Origin: Candidatus Omnitrophota bacterium
GTDB taxonomy: Bacteria; Omnitrophota; Gorgyraeia; Duberdicusellales; 4484-171
Assembly: GCA_014729775.1 (NCBI GenBank)
Contig: WJJJ01000031.1
Span: 7,074-71,073 of the forward strand
Direction: 5' to 3'
Length of the DNA: 64,000 nt
The translations under genes and the position numbers were made by a program. The first letter of the stretch is position 1; every line of letters begins with the position of its first letter. Of this stretch, positions 27,826-36,856 are shown piece after piece. The notes below the pieces were generated by a model. That model saw only the letters and a list, made by a program, of their open reading frames with translations, made no database searches and was not told the origin of the DNA.

Positions 27826-28365
27826 TTACTTCGCCAGTGCCTTTCCGAGTTTTTTCTTTATTTCTTCGCCGGCATACCGGATTCCTTTTCCTTTATACGG
27901 CTCCGGAGGATAATTCCGGCGGATTTGTGCCGCCAGCTCGCCTACTCTTTGTTTGTCGGTACCTTCGACCAGAATCCGTGTAGGTTTCGGAGTCGATACC
28001 TTCAGGTCTTTGGGAACAGGAACTTCCACCGGATGGGAAAAACCGATATTCATGACCAGCGTATTCCCTTTCATTTGTGTTTTATATCCGACTCCCACGA
28101 TCTCCAGTTCTTTTTTAAAACCTTCACTTACGCCGATGATCATGTTCCGGATAAGCGCCCGGAATGTGCCGTGCAGACTTTTTGAGAGTTTTTCATCATC
28201 CCGGCGTGTGACCGCGATTTGTCCCTCTTTGGACTCGATCGTAAGTGCCGGAGGGATTTCCAGGGATAATTTTCCTTTTTTCCCTTCTACGGTCAGCGTG
28301 GCCTTCTGTATCTGGGTTTTGACCTCTTTCGGTACGGGTATGGGTACTTTTCCTACTCTCGACAT
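27826..28365 (-). CDS. rplF: 50S ribosomal protein L6
   Basis: MSRVGKVPIPVPKEVK. Confidence 0.95.
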   Translation of the reverse strand: MSRVGKVPIPVPKEVKTQIQKATLTVEGKKGKLSLEIPPALTIESKEGQIAVTRRDDEKLSKSLHGTFRALIRNMIIGVSEGFKKELEIVGVGYKTQMKGNTLVMNIGFSHPVEVPVPKDLKVSTPKPTRILVEGTDKQRVGELAAQIRRNYPPEPYKGKGIRYAGEEIKKKLGKALAK

Positions 28366-28377
28366 AACTTCTTCCTG

Positions 28378-28773
28378 TTACCAGATCATCCCTAACAATT
28401 CTCCGCCGATCCGCTGTTCCCGAGCTTCGCCGTCAGTCAGCAGGCCCCGGGAGGTGGAGACGAATCCGACTCCGAATCCGTTCAGTACCGGCGGAATATC
28501 CTGATGGGCGAGATAGACCCGGCGGCCGGGGCGGGATACCCGTTTGATTTCCCGGATCACGCTGGTCTTGCCTTTGTATTTGAGGAATACTTTGATCTTG
28601 CGAAACCCGCCCACGTTGATTTCTTTATAATTATCGATATACCCTTCTTTTTTTAAAATTTCACAGATGCTTAAGAGAATCCGGGCATAGGGAATCATCG
28701 TTTCTTCGTGGCGCGCTCGCGCGGCATTTCTGATGATGGTCAGTGCATCCGCGATTGAATCGGTTTTACTCAT
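28378..28773 (-). CDS. rpsH: 30S ribosomal protein S8
   Basis: MSKTDSIADALTIIRNA. Confidence 0.95.
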   Translation of the reverse strand: MSKTDSIADALTIIRNAARARHEETMIPYARILLSICEILKKEGYIDNYKEINVGGFRKIKVFLKYKGKTSVIREIKRVSRPGRRVYLAHQDIPPVLNGFGVGFVSTSRGLLTDGEAREQRIGGELLGMIW

Positions 28774-28787
28774 AGTGCTCCTTTAAG

Positions 28788-28982
28788 TTACCAGCTTGCT
28801 TTTTTGACTCCGGGGATGATTCCCTGCCAGGCCATTTCCCGGAAACAAATTCTGCACAACTCGAAATCCCTTATGTACCCGCGCGGGCGGCCGCATTTCC
28901 GGCAACGGTTATGATAGCGTACCGAAAACTTCGGGGATTGCTTGTCGCGTTTCCATTTTTCTATCTTTGATTTCTTCGCCAT
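28788..28982 (-). CDS. rpsN: 30S ribosomal protein S14 (type Z, zinc-binding)
   Basis: [13 protein letters not shown] ... [23 protein letters not shown] (C-x2-C ... C-x2-C); internal start at MAKK. Confidence 0.9.
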   Translation of the reverse strand: MAKKSKIEKWKRDKQSPKFSVRYHNRCRKCGRPRGYIRDFELCRICFREMAWQGIIPGVKKASW

Positions 28983-28992
28983 TCTCCCTCCG

Positions 28993-29562
28993 TTATCGTT
29001 TAAACGGGAAACCAAATGCCAGGAGCAGTTCCCGTGCTTCTTCGTCAGTACCCGCGGTAGTGTGTATAGAGATATTCATTCCCTGTGTCTTCGAAACTTT
29101 ATCGATGTTAATTTCGGGAAATACCGTTTGTTCGGTCAGACCGAAGGTATAATTGCCGTTTCCGTCGAATGAATTCGCCGATACCCCGCGGAAGTCGCGG
29201 ATTCGAGGCATGGCCGAGGTGATCATTCGGTCCAGGAATTCATACATCCGGTAGCGGCGTAACGTGACGCAGCAGCCGATAGGAACTCCCTTCCGTATCT
29301 TGAAGTTTGAAATCGGCTTACGCGCCCGGCAGATCTTTGCTTTTTGCCCGCTTAGCTGAGCGAGTTCTTCTGCGGCGCGTTCCACGATTTTCGGATCCTG
29401 GGAACCTTCACCGATTCCCATGTTTACCGCGATTTTTACCAGCCGGGGAACCGCGAGAGTATTCGTGTATCCGAATTTTTCCTTCAGCAAAGGGATGATC
29501 TCCCGGCGGTAGGTTTCCAGCATTCTGGGAATGTACTGTTCGTTTAAATTGCTTGCTGACAT
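28993..29562 (-). CDS. rplE: 50S ribosomal protein L5
   Basis: [15 protein letters not shown]. Confidence 0.95.
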   Translation of the reverse strand: MSASNLNEQYIPRMLETYRREIIPLLKEKFGYTNTLAVPRLVKIAVNMGIGEGSQDPKIVERAAEELAQLSGQKAKICRARKPISNFKIRKGVPIGCCVTLRRYRMYEFLDRMITSAMPRIRDFRGVSANSFDGNGNYTFGLTEQTVFPEINIDKVSKTQGMNISIHTTAGTDEEARELLLAFGFPFKR

Positions 29563-29861
29563 TTTTTACACACCCGTAATTTAGAGCTGTCTTTCATTAC
29601 CTTTACTCCCACCCGTACTCCCCGGTTGCACTGTCCGCAATAAGGGTTCAGTACCGAAAAGGGCAACGGGGCCGGTACTTCGCGTATTCCTCCCTGTTCA
29701 GCCTCTGTCCGGCGCCGGATATGTTTCTTGACCATGTTCAGGCCGTCTACAATGGCGCGTTGCTGTTGCGGGAATACTTTGAGCACCGTGCCGGTTTTCC
29801 CTTTCTCTTTTCCGGCATTCACGTACACCTTATCGCCTTTTTTTATTCGTGCCAGACTCAT
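29544..29861 (-). CDS. rplX: 50S ribosomal protein L24 with a C-terminal Cys4 extension
   Basis: KOW region MSLARIKKGDKVYVNAGKEKGKTGTV, then a tail YCGQCNRG...VCKKC. The longer ORF-track start is not favoured. Confidence 0.85.
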   Translation of the reverse strand: MSLARIKKGDKVYVNAGKEKGKTGTVLKVFPQQQRAIVDGLNMVKKHIRRRTEAEQGGIREVPAPLPFSVLNPYCGQCNRGVRVGVKVMKDSSKLRVCKKCQQAI

Positions 29862-29865
29862 GATT

Positions 29866-30231
29866 TTAAATAACCTCCGGGGCAAGGGAAAGAATTTTCC
29901 CGAATTTCTCTCTCAATTCACGGGCAACTGGACCGAATACCCGGGTTGCCCGGGGATTTCCCTGTTTATCGATGATGACGCAGGCGTTATTGTCGAATTT
30001 GATCGCCATTCCGTCCTTCCGCTTGATGGGAAAATGGGTGCGTACGATCACCGCCTTCACCACCTCTCCCTTTTTGATGGGAGCGTTGGGAATAGTTTCC
30101 TTGACACTCGCGGTAATGACGTCGCCGATATCGGCGTGTTGCTTATTTTTCTTCCCGGTCACGCCTACAAACGACACTTTTTTTGCTCCGCTGTTGTCAG
30201 CGACGTTTAATCGTGCGGTCAGCGTTATCAT
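29866..30231 (-). CDS. rplN: 50S ribosomal protein L14
   Basis: [12 protein letters not shown]. Confidence 0.95.
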   Translation of the reverse strand: MITLTARLNVADNSGAKKVSFVGVTGKKNKQHADIGDVITASVKETIPNAPIKKGEVVKAVIVRTHFPIKRKDGMAIKFDNNACVIIDKQGNPRATRVFGPVARELREKFGKILSLAPEVI

Positions 30232-30467
30232 TTCACGATCTCCAACAGTTCGAATCTTTTTCGCTTGGAATAGGGTTTTGATTCGATTATTCTGACCCGG
30301 TCATTTACTTTTGCTTTATTGGTCTCGTCGTGCGCGGAATATTTTTTTCTGCGTTTCACCATCTTTTTATAGAGACGGTGAGCCATGTGCGTGCTTACCA
30401 TTACTTCGATGGTTTTATCCATCGCGTCGCCAACTACCGTCCCTTCGAGCACTTTTCTCGATCCCAT
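30228..30467 (-). CDS. rpsQ: 30S ribosomal protein S17
   Basis: [19 protein letters not shown]. Confidence 0.95.
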   Translation of the reverse strand: MGSRKVLEGTVVGDAMDKTIEVMVSTHMAHRLYKKMVKRRKKYSAHDETNKAKVNDRVRIIESKPYSKRKRFELLEIVK

Positions 30468-30479
30468 AACGATATCTCC

Positions 30480-30659
30480 TTATTTTTTCTTGAGCACCGT
30501 ATGAATACGGGCGATATCTTTTTTCAACTGCCCGAATAGATGCGGTTTTTCCACTCCGCTTTTGCGTTTATACTGCAGCTCCATGAGCTCTTTTTTTAAT
30601 TCATCCTGTTTGTGCGCCAGTTCTTCCCGTGAAAGCTGGCGTAATTCGCTTGCTTTCAT
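30480..30659 (-). CDS. rpmC: 50S ribosomal protein L29
   Basis: Not in the ORF track. Minus strand encodes MKASELRQLSREELAHKQDELKKELMELQYKRKSGVEKPHLFGQLKKDIARIHTVLKKK. Confidence 0.9.
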   Translation of the reverse strand: MKASELRQLSREELAHKQDELKKELMELQYKRKSGVEKPHLFGQLKKDIARIHTVLKKK

Positions 30660-30661
30660 TT

Positions 30662-31072
30662 TTACCTTCTCTTTACGAACATCGTACGGAATGGTAATTT
30701 ATACGCGATCAGACGCAGAGATGCGCGCGCGTAATCTTCAGGAACTCCGCCGATCTCAAAAATCACTTTTCCCCGGCGGATGACCGAAACCCATGAATCG
30801 GGATCTCCTTTCCCTTTTCCCATTCTCGTTTCCGCGGGTTTCTTGGTCACGGGTTTATCCGGAAATACCCTGATCCACATTTTTCCGCCTCTTCGCAGCC
30901 GCCGTGCCAATATTACCCTGGTCGTTTCCAGCTGGGTGTTTTTCAACCACCCGCATTCCAGGGCTTTGATGCCGTATTCCCCGAACGCGACGTAGTCTCC
31001 GCTTGTGGCCAGTCCCCGTTTTTTCCCTCGCTGAGTTTTCCGGTGTTTTACGCGTTTTGGAATAAATGCCAT
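30662..31072 (-). CDS. rplP: 50S ribosomal protein L16
   Basis: RGGKMWIRVFPDKPVT. Confidence 0.95.
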   Translation of the reverse strand: MAFIPKRVKHRKTQRGKKRGLATSGDYVAFGEYGIKALECGWLKNTQLETTRVILARRLRRGGKMWIRVFPDKPVTKKPAETRMGKGKGDPDSWVSVIRRGKVIFEIGGVPEDYARASLRLIAYKLPFRTMFVKRR

Positions 31073-31087
31073 AAGGACCCTTTTCTG

Positions 31088-31759
31088 TTACGCGGCCTTA
31101 TCCGTTGACCCGATAAGATAATATCCGATATTCTTTTCCCCTTTATAAATCCACACTTTGACTCCGATCGTTCCGTAGGTGGTTTTCGCGACATGAAATC
31201 CATAGTCAATGTCGGCGCGGAACGTCTGCAAAGGCACTTTTCCGTGCTTGTATCCTTCACTGCGGGCGATTTCCACCCCGCCCAGACGCCCTTTACATTT
31301 TACTTTGATGCCTTCGCAGCCCAACGTGAGCGCCTGCTGGATCGAACGTTTCATCGCCCGGCGGAAATGGACGCGTTTGATCATCTGAAACGCGATCAGT
31401 TCACTGACCAGCTGCGCGTCAGTCGCCGGATCAATGACCTCTTCGACGTCGATTTTAATGTCTTTTTTCGTCAGTTTCCCCAGGATATCCTTGACCCTTT
31501 CGATGTCCTGTCCCCTTCTTCCTATGATTACCCCCGGGCGGGAAGTACGCACTTTGATCCGGATCAGTGTCGGAGAGACACGTTCAATCCCAATGGATGA
31601 GATTGACCCCATGGGATAATTCTTTTTAATCGCGGCGCGGATTTTCGTGTCTTCTTCGAGATAATCGGCAAATTCGCTCTTACGCGCCGAAAACCATTTT
31701 GACGCCCAGTCTTTGCCGAATCCCAGTCTTACTACATACGGATGTACTTTTTGTCCCAT
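31088..31759 (-). CDS. rpsC: 30S ribosomal protein S3
   Basis: MGQKVHPYVVRLG with KH domain. Confidence 0.95.
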   Translation of the reverse strand: MGQKVHPYVVRLGFGKDWASKWFSARKSEFADYLEEDTKIRAAIKKNYPMGSISSIGIERVSPTLIRIKVRTSRPGVIIGRRGQDIERVKDILGKLTKKDIKIDVEEVIDPATDAQLVSELIAFQMIKRVHFRRAMKRSIQQALTLGCEGIKVKCKGRLGGVEIARSEGYKHGKVPLQTFRADIDYGFHVAKTTYGTIGVKVWIYKGEKNIGYYLIGSTDKAA

Positions 31760-31763
31760 TGCG

Positions 31764-32132
31764 TTACCTTTTCTTCCCCGCGGGTTTATGAGATACCAGT
31801 TTTTCCGTGGTATCCAGCTCGATTTTAATATGCGAAGTCCTTTTCTGGATTACTGTGGCTCTTCCGAACGCCGCCGGCCGGTATCTTTTATACGCAGGGC
31901 CCGGATTGGCAATTACGCGTGAGATTATCAGTGAATCCTCGTCAAATCCTTTTACCTTGGCGTTTGCGATCGCGGAGTCGAGCACTTTCCGCAAGTGAAA
32001 CGCGCCTTTTTTGTTGACCGATAACAGCACCGCACGGCTGTATACCGCGTGTTTCCCTTTGATTAAAGGAATCACCGGCCGTACTTTAAACGGTGAAATT
32101 CGGATGTTTTTTGCTTCAGCGTGTGCGATCAT
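31764..32132 (-). CDS. rplV: 50S ribosomal protein L22
   Basis: L22 fold; sits between S19 and S3. Confidence 0.9.
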   Translation of the reverse strand: MIAHAEAKNIRISPFKVRPVIPLIKGKHAVYSRAVLLSVNKKGAFHLRKVLDSAIANAKVKGFDEDSLIISRVIANPGPAYKRYRPAAFGRATVIQKRTSHIKIELDTTEKLVSHKPAGKKR

Positions 32133-32186
32133 GGTCGTAAAAAATTATCTTATTATACTGTAAATATGTGAAATTTCAACTGTTTT

Positions 32187-32474
32187 TTACTTTTTCGCGA
32201 TGGCTTTTTTCGCTTTAATCCCGCCGTGCTGTTTGAACGTGCGCGTCGGCGCGAATTCACCGAGCCGGTGCCCGACCATGGATTCAGTAATAAATACGGG
32301 GATGTGTTTTTTTCCGTTATGCACCGCGAAGGTAAGTCCCACAAATTCCGGAGTGATGAGTGAGCGGCGCGACCAGGTTTTGATCGCCTTGCGGGTTCCC
32401 GCTTCCCGCGCTTTCATGACTTTCTTCTCCAGCTTTTGGTCAACGAAAGGTCCTTTTTTTACCGATCTTCCCAT
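32187..32474 (-). CDS. rpsS: 30S ribosomal protein S19
   Basis: [12 protein letters not shown] ... [13 protein letters not shown]. Confidence 0.95.
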   Translation of the reverse strand: MGRSVKKGPFVDQKLEKKVMKAREAGTRKAIKTWSRRSLITPEFVGLTFAVHNGKKHIPVFITESMVGHRLGEFAPTRTFKQHGGIKAKKAIAKK

Positions 32475-32483
32475 GATTCTCCT

Positions 32484-33329
32484 TTATCTTCGTTTTTTGC
32501 TTCTCCGCTTCAAAATCATTTTATTACTTTTGTTTTTCGGCCGGCGCGTTTTTCCTCCCTTTGCGGGCGCGCCCCACGGCGAAACCGGATGGGGATTTCC
32601 CTGGCCGGCTTTCCCTTCACCCCCGCCGTGCGGATGATCCACCGGATTCATCGCCACTCCCCGGACTTTCGGCCGGCGGCCCATCCAGCGGACGCGTCCT
32701 GCTTTTCCGTGGACGAAAGACGCGTGTTCAATGAGGCCTACCTGTCCGACCGTGGCGTGGCATTCTTGATTCACCAGACGTATTTCCCCGCTCGGCATCC
32801 GCAGCTGGGCGGTTCCTCTCTCTTTTGCCATTAACTGTGCCCAACTGCCCGCACTGCGTACCATTACTCCCCCCTTGCCCGGGTTGAGTTCTACGTTGTG
32901 AATAAGGGTTCCCAGCGGCATATACCTGAGTTTCATGGTATTGCCGGGTTTGAGTTCAACCTGTGAATCATCCGAGCTGATCACGGTATCGCCGACCTTC
33001 AATTTGTCCGCCCACAGGATGTATCTTTTTTCCTCGTCCTGATATTCGACAAGTGCGATTCTCGCGCTGCGGTTCGGATCATATTCGATCGCGGTTACTT
33101 TTCCGGGAACTCCGTATTTGCGGCGTTTAAAATCGATGATCCGGTATTTCCTTTTATGTCCTCCGCCGCGGCGCCTCATGGTGATTTTTCCGCGGTTATT
33201 CCTGCCGCCGCTTTTATGGAGCGAAACGGTAAGTGATTTTTCCGGTTTTTTCTTGGTTACTTCTTCGAAGGTCGAAGTCGCCTTATACCGCCGAGTGGGG
33301 GTAACCGGTCTATATTTTTTAATGCCCAT
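32484..33329 (-). CDS. rplB: 50S ribosomal protein L2
   Basis: [13 protein letters not shown]. Confidence 0.95.
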   Translation of the reverse strand: MGIKKYRPVTPTRRYKATSTFEEVTKKKPEKSLTVSLHKSGGRNNRGKITMRRRGGGHKRKYRIIDFKRRKYGVPGKVTAIEYDPNRSARIALVEYQDEEKRYILWADKLKVGDTVISSDDSQVELKPGNTMKLRYMPLGTLIHNVELNPGKGGVMVRSAGSWAQLMAKERGTAQLRMPSGEIRLVNQECHATVGQVGLIEHASFVHGKAGRVRWMGRRPKVRGVAMNPVDHPHGGGEGKAGQGNPHPVSPWGAPAKGGKTRRPKNKSNKMILKRRSKKRR

Positions 33330-33341
33330 AATACTCCCTTG

Positions 33342-33632
33342 TTACGTAAGCTTTATTTCGTTTCCCTCTTTTAACGTGACCGTGGCTTTTTTCCACGCGG
33401 TTGTTTTCCCCGGCTGATTGAATCTTAACCGTTTTGTTTTTCCTTTGACTATCGCGGTGGTGACGTCGGTAACTGTTACTTTATATAGTTTTTCCACCGC
33501 GTTCTTTACTTCGACTTTATTGGCGTTCGGATCGACCTGAAAGACGTATTTCCGCTTGGGCAGTCCAAGACTGCTTTTTTCGGTAATGACCGGTGCTTTG
33601 ATGATGGAATAGATGCTCTTTACCCCAGACAT
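33342..33632 (-). CDS. rplW: 50S ribosomal protein L23
   Basis: KAPVITEKS. Confidence 0.9.
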   Translation of the reverse strand: MSGVKSIYSIIKAPVITEKSSLGLPKRKYVFQVDPNANKVEVKNAVEKLYKVTVTDVTTAIVKGKTKRLRFNQPGKTTAWKKATVTLKEGNEIKLT

Positions 33633-34279
33633 TTTTTTATCCTTTCCTGCAGTGCGGTGAGGGCGCCTTCGGTAATGATTAAGCGGGTGCAGTTGAGCGC
33701 TTCATATGTCGTGAGCGTATGCGCCGCACACAACTCTACCCGGGGTATGTTTCTCGTTGCCCTCTTGAGTTTTTCGTCATGATCGGTCACCACGAATCGT
33801 ACCTTTTCGTTGTGCAATCCGGTTTCCTTGAGCATGGCCGCGATTTCTTTGGTTTTTCCGTCCTTGATTTTTAGTTCGTTCAGCACGAGAAGTGCTCCGT
33901 CGGCAAATTTCGCGTTCAACGCGCTTTTGAGCGCGTTCACGCGCATTTTTTTCGGGAATCCCTTCCGGTAAGAATGAGGCTGCGGGCCGAACGTAACGCC
34001 TCCCCCGGTCCAGAGCGGCGAACGGATCGAACCCACTCTGGCTCGTCCCAGACCTTTTTGCCGCCAGGGCTTTTTTCCGCCTCCGCGGACCTCTCCCCTG
34101 TTTTTGGTGGCCGCGAGTCCGAACCGCTGGTTCGCGCGGTAGGTGACGACCGCCTGATGGAGCAATGTCTTGTTGACGCTGCCGTCAAAAACCGCCGGAT
34201 CAAGCGTGACGTTCTTTTTTTCCTTTCCCTTGCGGTCAAGAACCGCGATTTTTTGTGAATTGGTGGATGCAGAGGTCAT
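33620..34279 (-). CDS. rplD: 50S ribosomal protein L4
   Basis: KKPWRQKGLGRARVGSIRSPLW. Confidence 0.95.
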   Translation of the reverse strand: MTSASTNSQKIAVLDRKGKEKKNVTLDPAVFDGSVNKTLLHQAVVTYRANQRFGLAATKNRGEVRGGGKKPWRQKGLGRARVGSIRSPLWTGGGVTFGPQPHSYRKGFPKKMRVNALKSALNAKFADGALLVLNELKIKDGKTKEIAAMLKETGLHNEKVRFVVTDHDEKLKRATRNIPRVELCAAHTLTTYEALNCTRLIITEGALTALQERIKKCLG

Positions 34280-35235
34280 GATGTTGCCTTTGTTTTTACC
34301 GTTTTTCTCCTGGTGATGCGGACCAGTGTTCCCTTCGGGCCCGGGACCGCGCCTTTCACAAAGATTAAGCCCTTTTCCGGATCAATTTTCAGTATTGTGA
34401 GATTTTTGGTGGTTCTGTATGTATTCCCGTACTGTCCGGGCATGTTGAGACCTTTTATGATTTTTGACGGGTCGGCACTGGCTCCGACTGAGCCTATACG
34501 GCGGTGCGTGGTCGATCCATGACTTTTCGGCTGTCCACTCCATCCGTGGCGGCGCATTCCTCCGGAAAATCCCCGTCCTTTGGTCTTTGCCCGTACGTCG
34601 ATAATATCATTCTCCTGAAATATTTCGGCTCCGATACGGCGGGAATCAGCAGCGGGACCGGATTTCTGCGCTTCGCCCTTGTGCTCGCCGGGATTTTGTG
34701 TTTCTGGAGAAGACGCGTCTTTTTCTGTCTTGTTTTCCGTATCTTCCGCCGGAGCGGATTCCGGGCTGTCGTCCGTTTTTTCCTCCGGTATTTTTTCCTC
34801 GGACTTGGTGTTTTCGTCCCCGGCTTTCTCCTCTGCTCCCTGCTTATGCGTTTCTGCCGCGGCAGGCTTGGAGTCTTTCTCTTCCGCCTGAGTATCCGCC
34901 GATTCATCAGGAGATGCCGGTTCTTCCGTCTGTGACGGAGTTTCCTGGCCGGGGGAAAAGACCTTGTCGATTCCCTCATCCGCTTCTACTTCCCGAATCA
35001 TGCGGTAGGCCGCGGTTTTAAGCGACCGGAAGTAGCCAAGCTGGGGTTTGCGTATTTTTTTGTGCTGCGTTTCGGCCAGTTCAAAGCAGCCGATACGGAC
35101 TTTATTCTCTGCCCCCGGTTTTTTTTCCAGTATATACGCCGGTTCCACTCCGATCAGCGTGACAGGAACCGCGTTGGCTTCTTCGTCGAATATCTGTGTC
35201 ATCCCGATTTTTTTTCCGTACATTTCTTTCAACAT
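34276..35235 (-). CDS. rplC: 50S ribosomal protein L3 carrying a ~105-aa acidic low-complexity insertion
   Basis: N-terminus GKKIGMTQIF and C-terminus KGRGFSGGMRRHGW ... LVRITRRK are canonical L3. Between them lies an E/K/S/P/T-rich block SPGQETPSQTEEPASPDESADTQAEEK..., giving 319 aa against the usual ~210. Confidence 0.9.
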   Translation of the reverse strand: MLKEMYGKKIGMTQIFDEEANAVPVTLIGVEPAYILEKKPGAENKVRIGCFELAETQHKKIRKPQLGYFRSLKTAAYRMIREVEADEGIDKVFSPGQETPSQTEEPASPDESADTQAEEKDSKPAAAETHKQGAEEKAGDENTKSEEKIPEEKTDDSPESAPAEDTENKTEKDASSPETQNPGEHKGEAQKSGPAADSRRIGAEIFQENDIIDVRAKTKGRGFSGGMRRHGWSGQPKSHGSTTHRRIGSVGASADPSKIIKGLNMPGQYGNTYRTTKNLTILKIDPEKGLIFVKGAVPGPKGTLVRITRRKTVKTKATS

Positions 35236-35250
35236 AACAGCCTCGGTTGG

Positions 35251-35559
35251 TTATACTTCCTGTTTGATCTCTACGTTCACGCCGGCCGGGAGGTTCAGTT
35301 TGCGCAGCGCATCGATGGTTTTGGGCGTCGGATTATCCAGATCGATTATCCGTTTATGGACCGCCAGCATGAACTGTTCGCGCGATTTTTTATCGACGTT
35401 GGTCGAACGGTTTACGGTATATACCTTTTTCCTTGTGGGCAGGGGTACCGGTCCGTTTACCTTCGCGCCGGTCCGGAAGGCTACTTCCACGATTTCCTGC
35501 GATGACTGATCAAGGACCCGGTGATCAAACGCTTTGAGCTTAATCCTCAACTTTAACAT
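35251..35559 (-). CDS. rpsJ: 30S ribosomal protein S10
   Basis: Start [19 protein letters not shown] preceded by GGAGA. The 20-codon upstream extension in the ORF track is rejected. Confidence 0.9.
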   Translation of the reverse strand: MLKLRIKLKAFDHRVLDQSSQEIVEVAFRTGAKVNGPVPLPTRKKVYTVNRSTNVDKKSREQFMLAVHKRIIDLDNPTPKTIDALRKLNLPAGVNVEIKQEV

Positions 35560-35583
35560 TCGTGTTTCTCCAGATTTAATGAC

Positions 35584-35610
35584 GCGCTGCAACCGGTAAG
35601 GTTGCAGCGC
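35584..35610 (-). promoter_or_regulatory. stable stem-loop in the tuf–rpsJ spacer (possible attenuator or processing site)
   Basis: Perfect inverted repeat GCGCTGCAACC-ggtaa-GGTTGCAGCGC. No U-tract follows. Confidence 0.35.
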
Positions 35611-35630
35611 ATCGTACATTCAGTTTACGT

Positions 35631-36836
35631 TTATTCGGTAATTTCGGTAACGACTCCGGCGCCCACGGTTCGTCCGCCTTCCCGGATTGCGAACCGCAAT
35701 TCTTTTTCGACCGCGACCGGCTGGATTAATTCGACATCCAGATTCACGTTATCTCCCGGCATTACCATTTCCACCCCTTGAGGCAATTTACAGTTTCCGG
35801 TGACGTCCGTGGTCCGGAAATAGAACTGAGGACGATATCCGGAAAAGAACGGTGTGTGCCGTCCTCCTTCTTCTTTTTTCAGTGCGTACACCTGCGCTTT
35901 GAATTTTTTGTGCGGCGTAATAGAACCCGGTTTTGCGCATACCATTCCTCTTTCCACCGCGTTTTTCTCAATTCCGCGCAGGAGCAGGCCGACGTTGTCT
36001 CCGGCCTGGCCTTCTTCCAGGATCTTACGGAACATTTCCACTCCGGTGACGACTGTTTTCTTGGTGTCTTCGTGAATACCGACAAGCTCTATTTCCTCTC
36101 CGACCTTGACTTTTCCTCTTTCGACGCGACCGGTGACCACCGTTCCGCGGCCGGAGATCGAAAATACGTCTTCCACCGCCATAATGAAGGGTTTGTCGAT
36201 GTCCCGTTTCGGGTCGGGAATATAGCTGTCAGCGGCTTTCAGCAGTTCGAGAATCGCTTTCACGTTCTCTCCTTCGAAGTTGCCGCCGTCCATTTCTTCA
36301 AGCGCTTTCAACGCCGACCCCTTTACTATAGGTACGTCTTTGCCCGGGAATTCGTACTTTGTGAGCAGATCCCGGACCTCGACTTCGACAAGATCGACTA
36401 ATTCCGCGTCGTCCATCTGGTCGGTTTTGTTAATAAACACAATGATCGCGGGCACGTTTACCTGACGGGCCAGCAGGATGTGTTCGCGGGTCTGGGGCAT
36501 AGGACCGTCGGTTGCCGCGACTACGAGGATGGAACCGTCCATCTGAGCCGCACCGGTAATCATGTTCTTAATGTAGTCAGCGTGGCCGGGGCAGTCGATA
36601 TGGGCATAATGACGGTTCTCGGTTTCGTACTCAACGTGAGCAATGTTTATGGTCACTCCCCGTTCTTTTTCTTCGGGAGCTTTGTCGATATCGCCGTATT
36701 TCAGTTCGGTAGCGCCGCCGGTGTGCGCGAGAGCTTTAGTAATTGCCGCGGTAAGCGTGGTTTTTCCGTGATCAACGTGTCCGATCGTGCCTATGTTCAA
36801 ATGCGGCTTAGACCTTACGAATTTTTCCTTTCCCAT
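35631..36836 (-). CDS. tuf: elongation factor Tu
   Basis: [22 protein letters not shown] motifs; 401 aa. Confidence 0.97.
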   Translation of the reverse strand: MGKEKFVRSKPHLNIGTIGHVDHGKTTLTAAITKALAHTGGATELKYGDIDKAPEEKERGVTINIAHVEYETENRHYAHIDCPGHADYIKNMITGAAQMDGSILVVAATDGPMPQTREHILLARQVNVPAIIVFINKTDQMDDAELVDLVEVEVRDLLTKYEFPGKDVPIVKGSALKALEEMDGGNFEGENVKAILELLKAADSYIPDPKRDIDKPFIMAVEDVFSISGRGTVVTGRVERGKVKVGEEIELVGIHEDTKKTVVTGVEMFRKILEEGQAGDNVGLLLRGIEKNAVERGMVCAKPGSITPHKKFKAQVYALKKEEGGRHTPFFSGYRPQFYFRTTDVTGNCKLPQGVEMVMPGDNVNLDVELIQPVAVEKELRFAIREGGRTVGAGVVTEITE

Positions 36837-36856
36837 ACCAGCACCTCCTTTTCAAG

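Noticed and set aside
35560-35619. 20-codon N-terminal extension of rpsJ, and similar upstream extensions of rpsG, rplJ, the M48 peptidase, the lipoprotein at 4787 and the secreted proteins
   Set aside because: Internal starts give canonical N-termini, have Shine-Dalgarno sequences and avoid overlaps with upstream genes. The extended ORFs are read-through of intergenic sequence.
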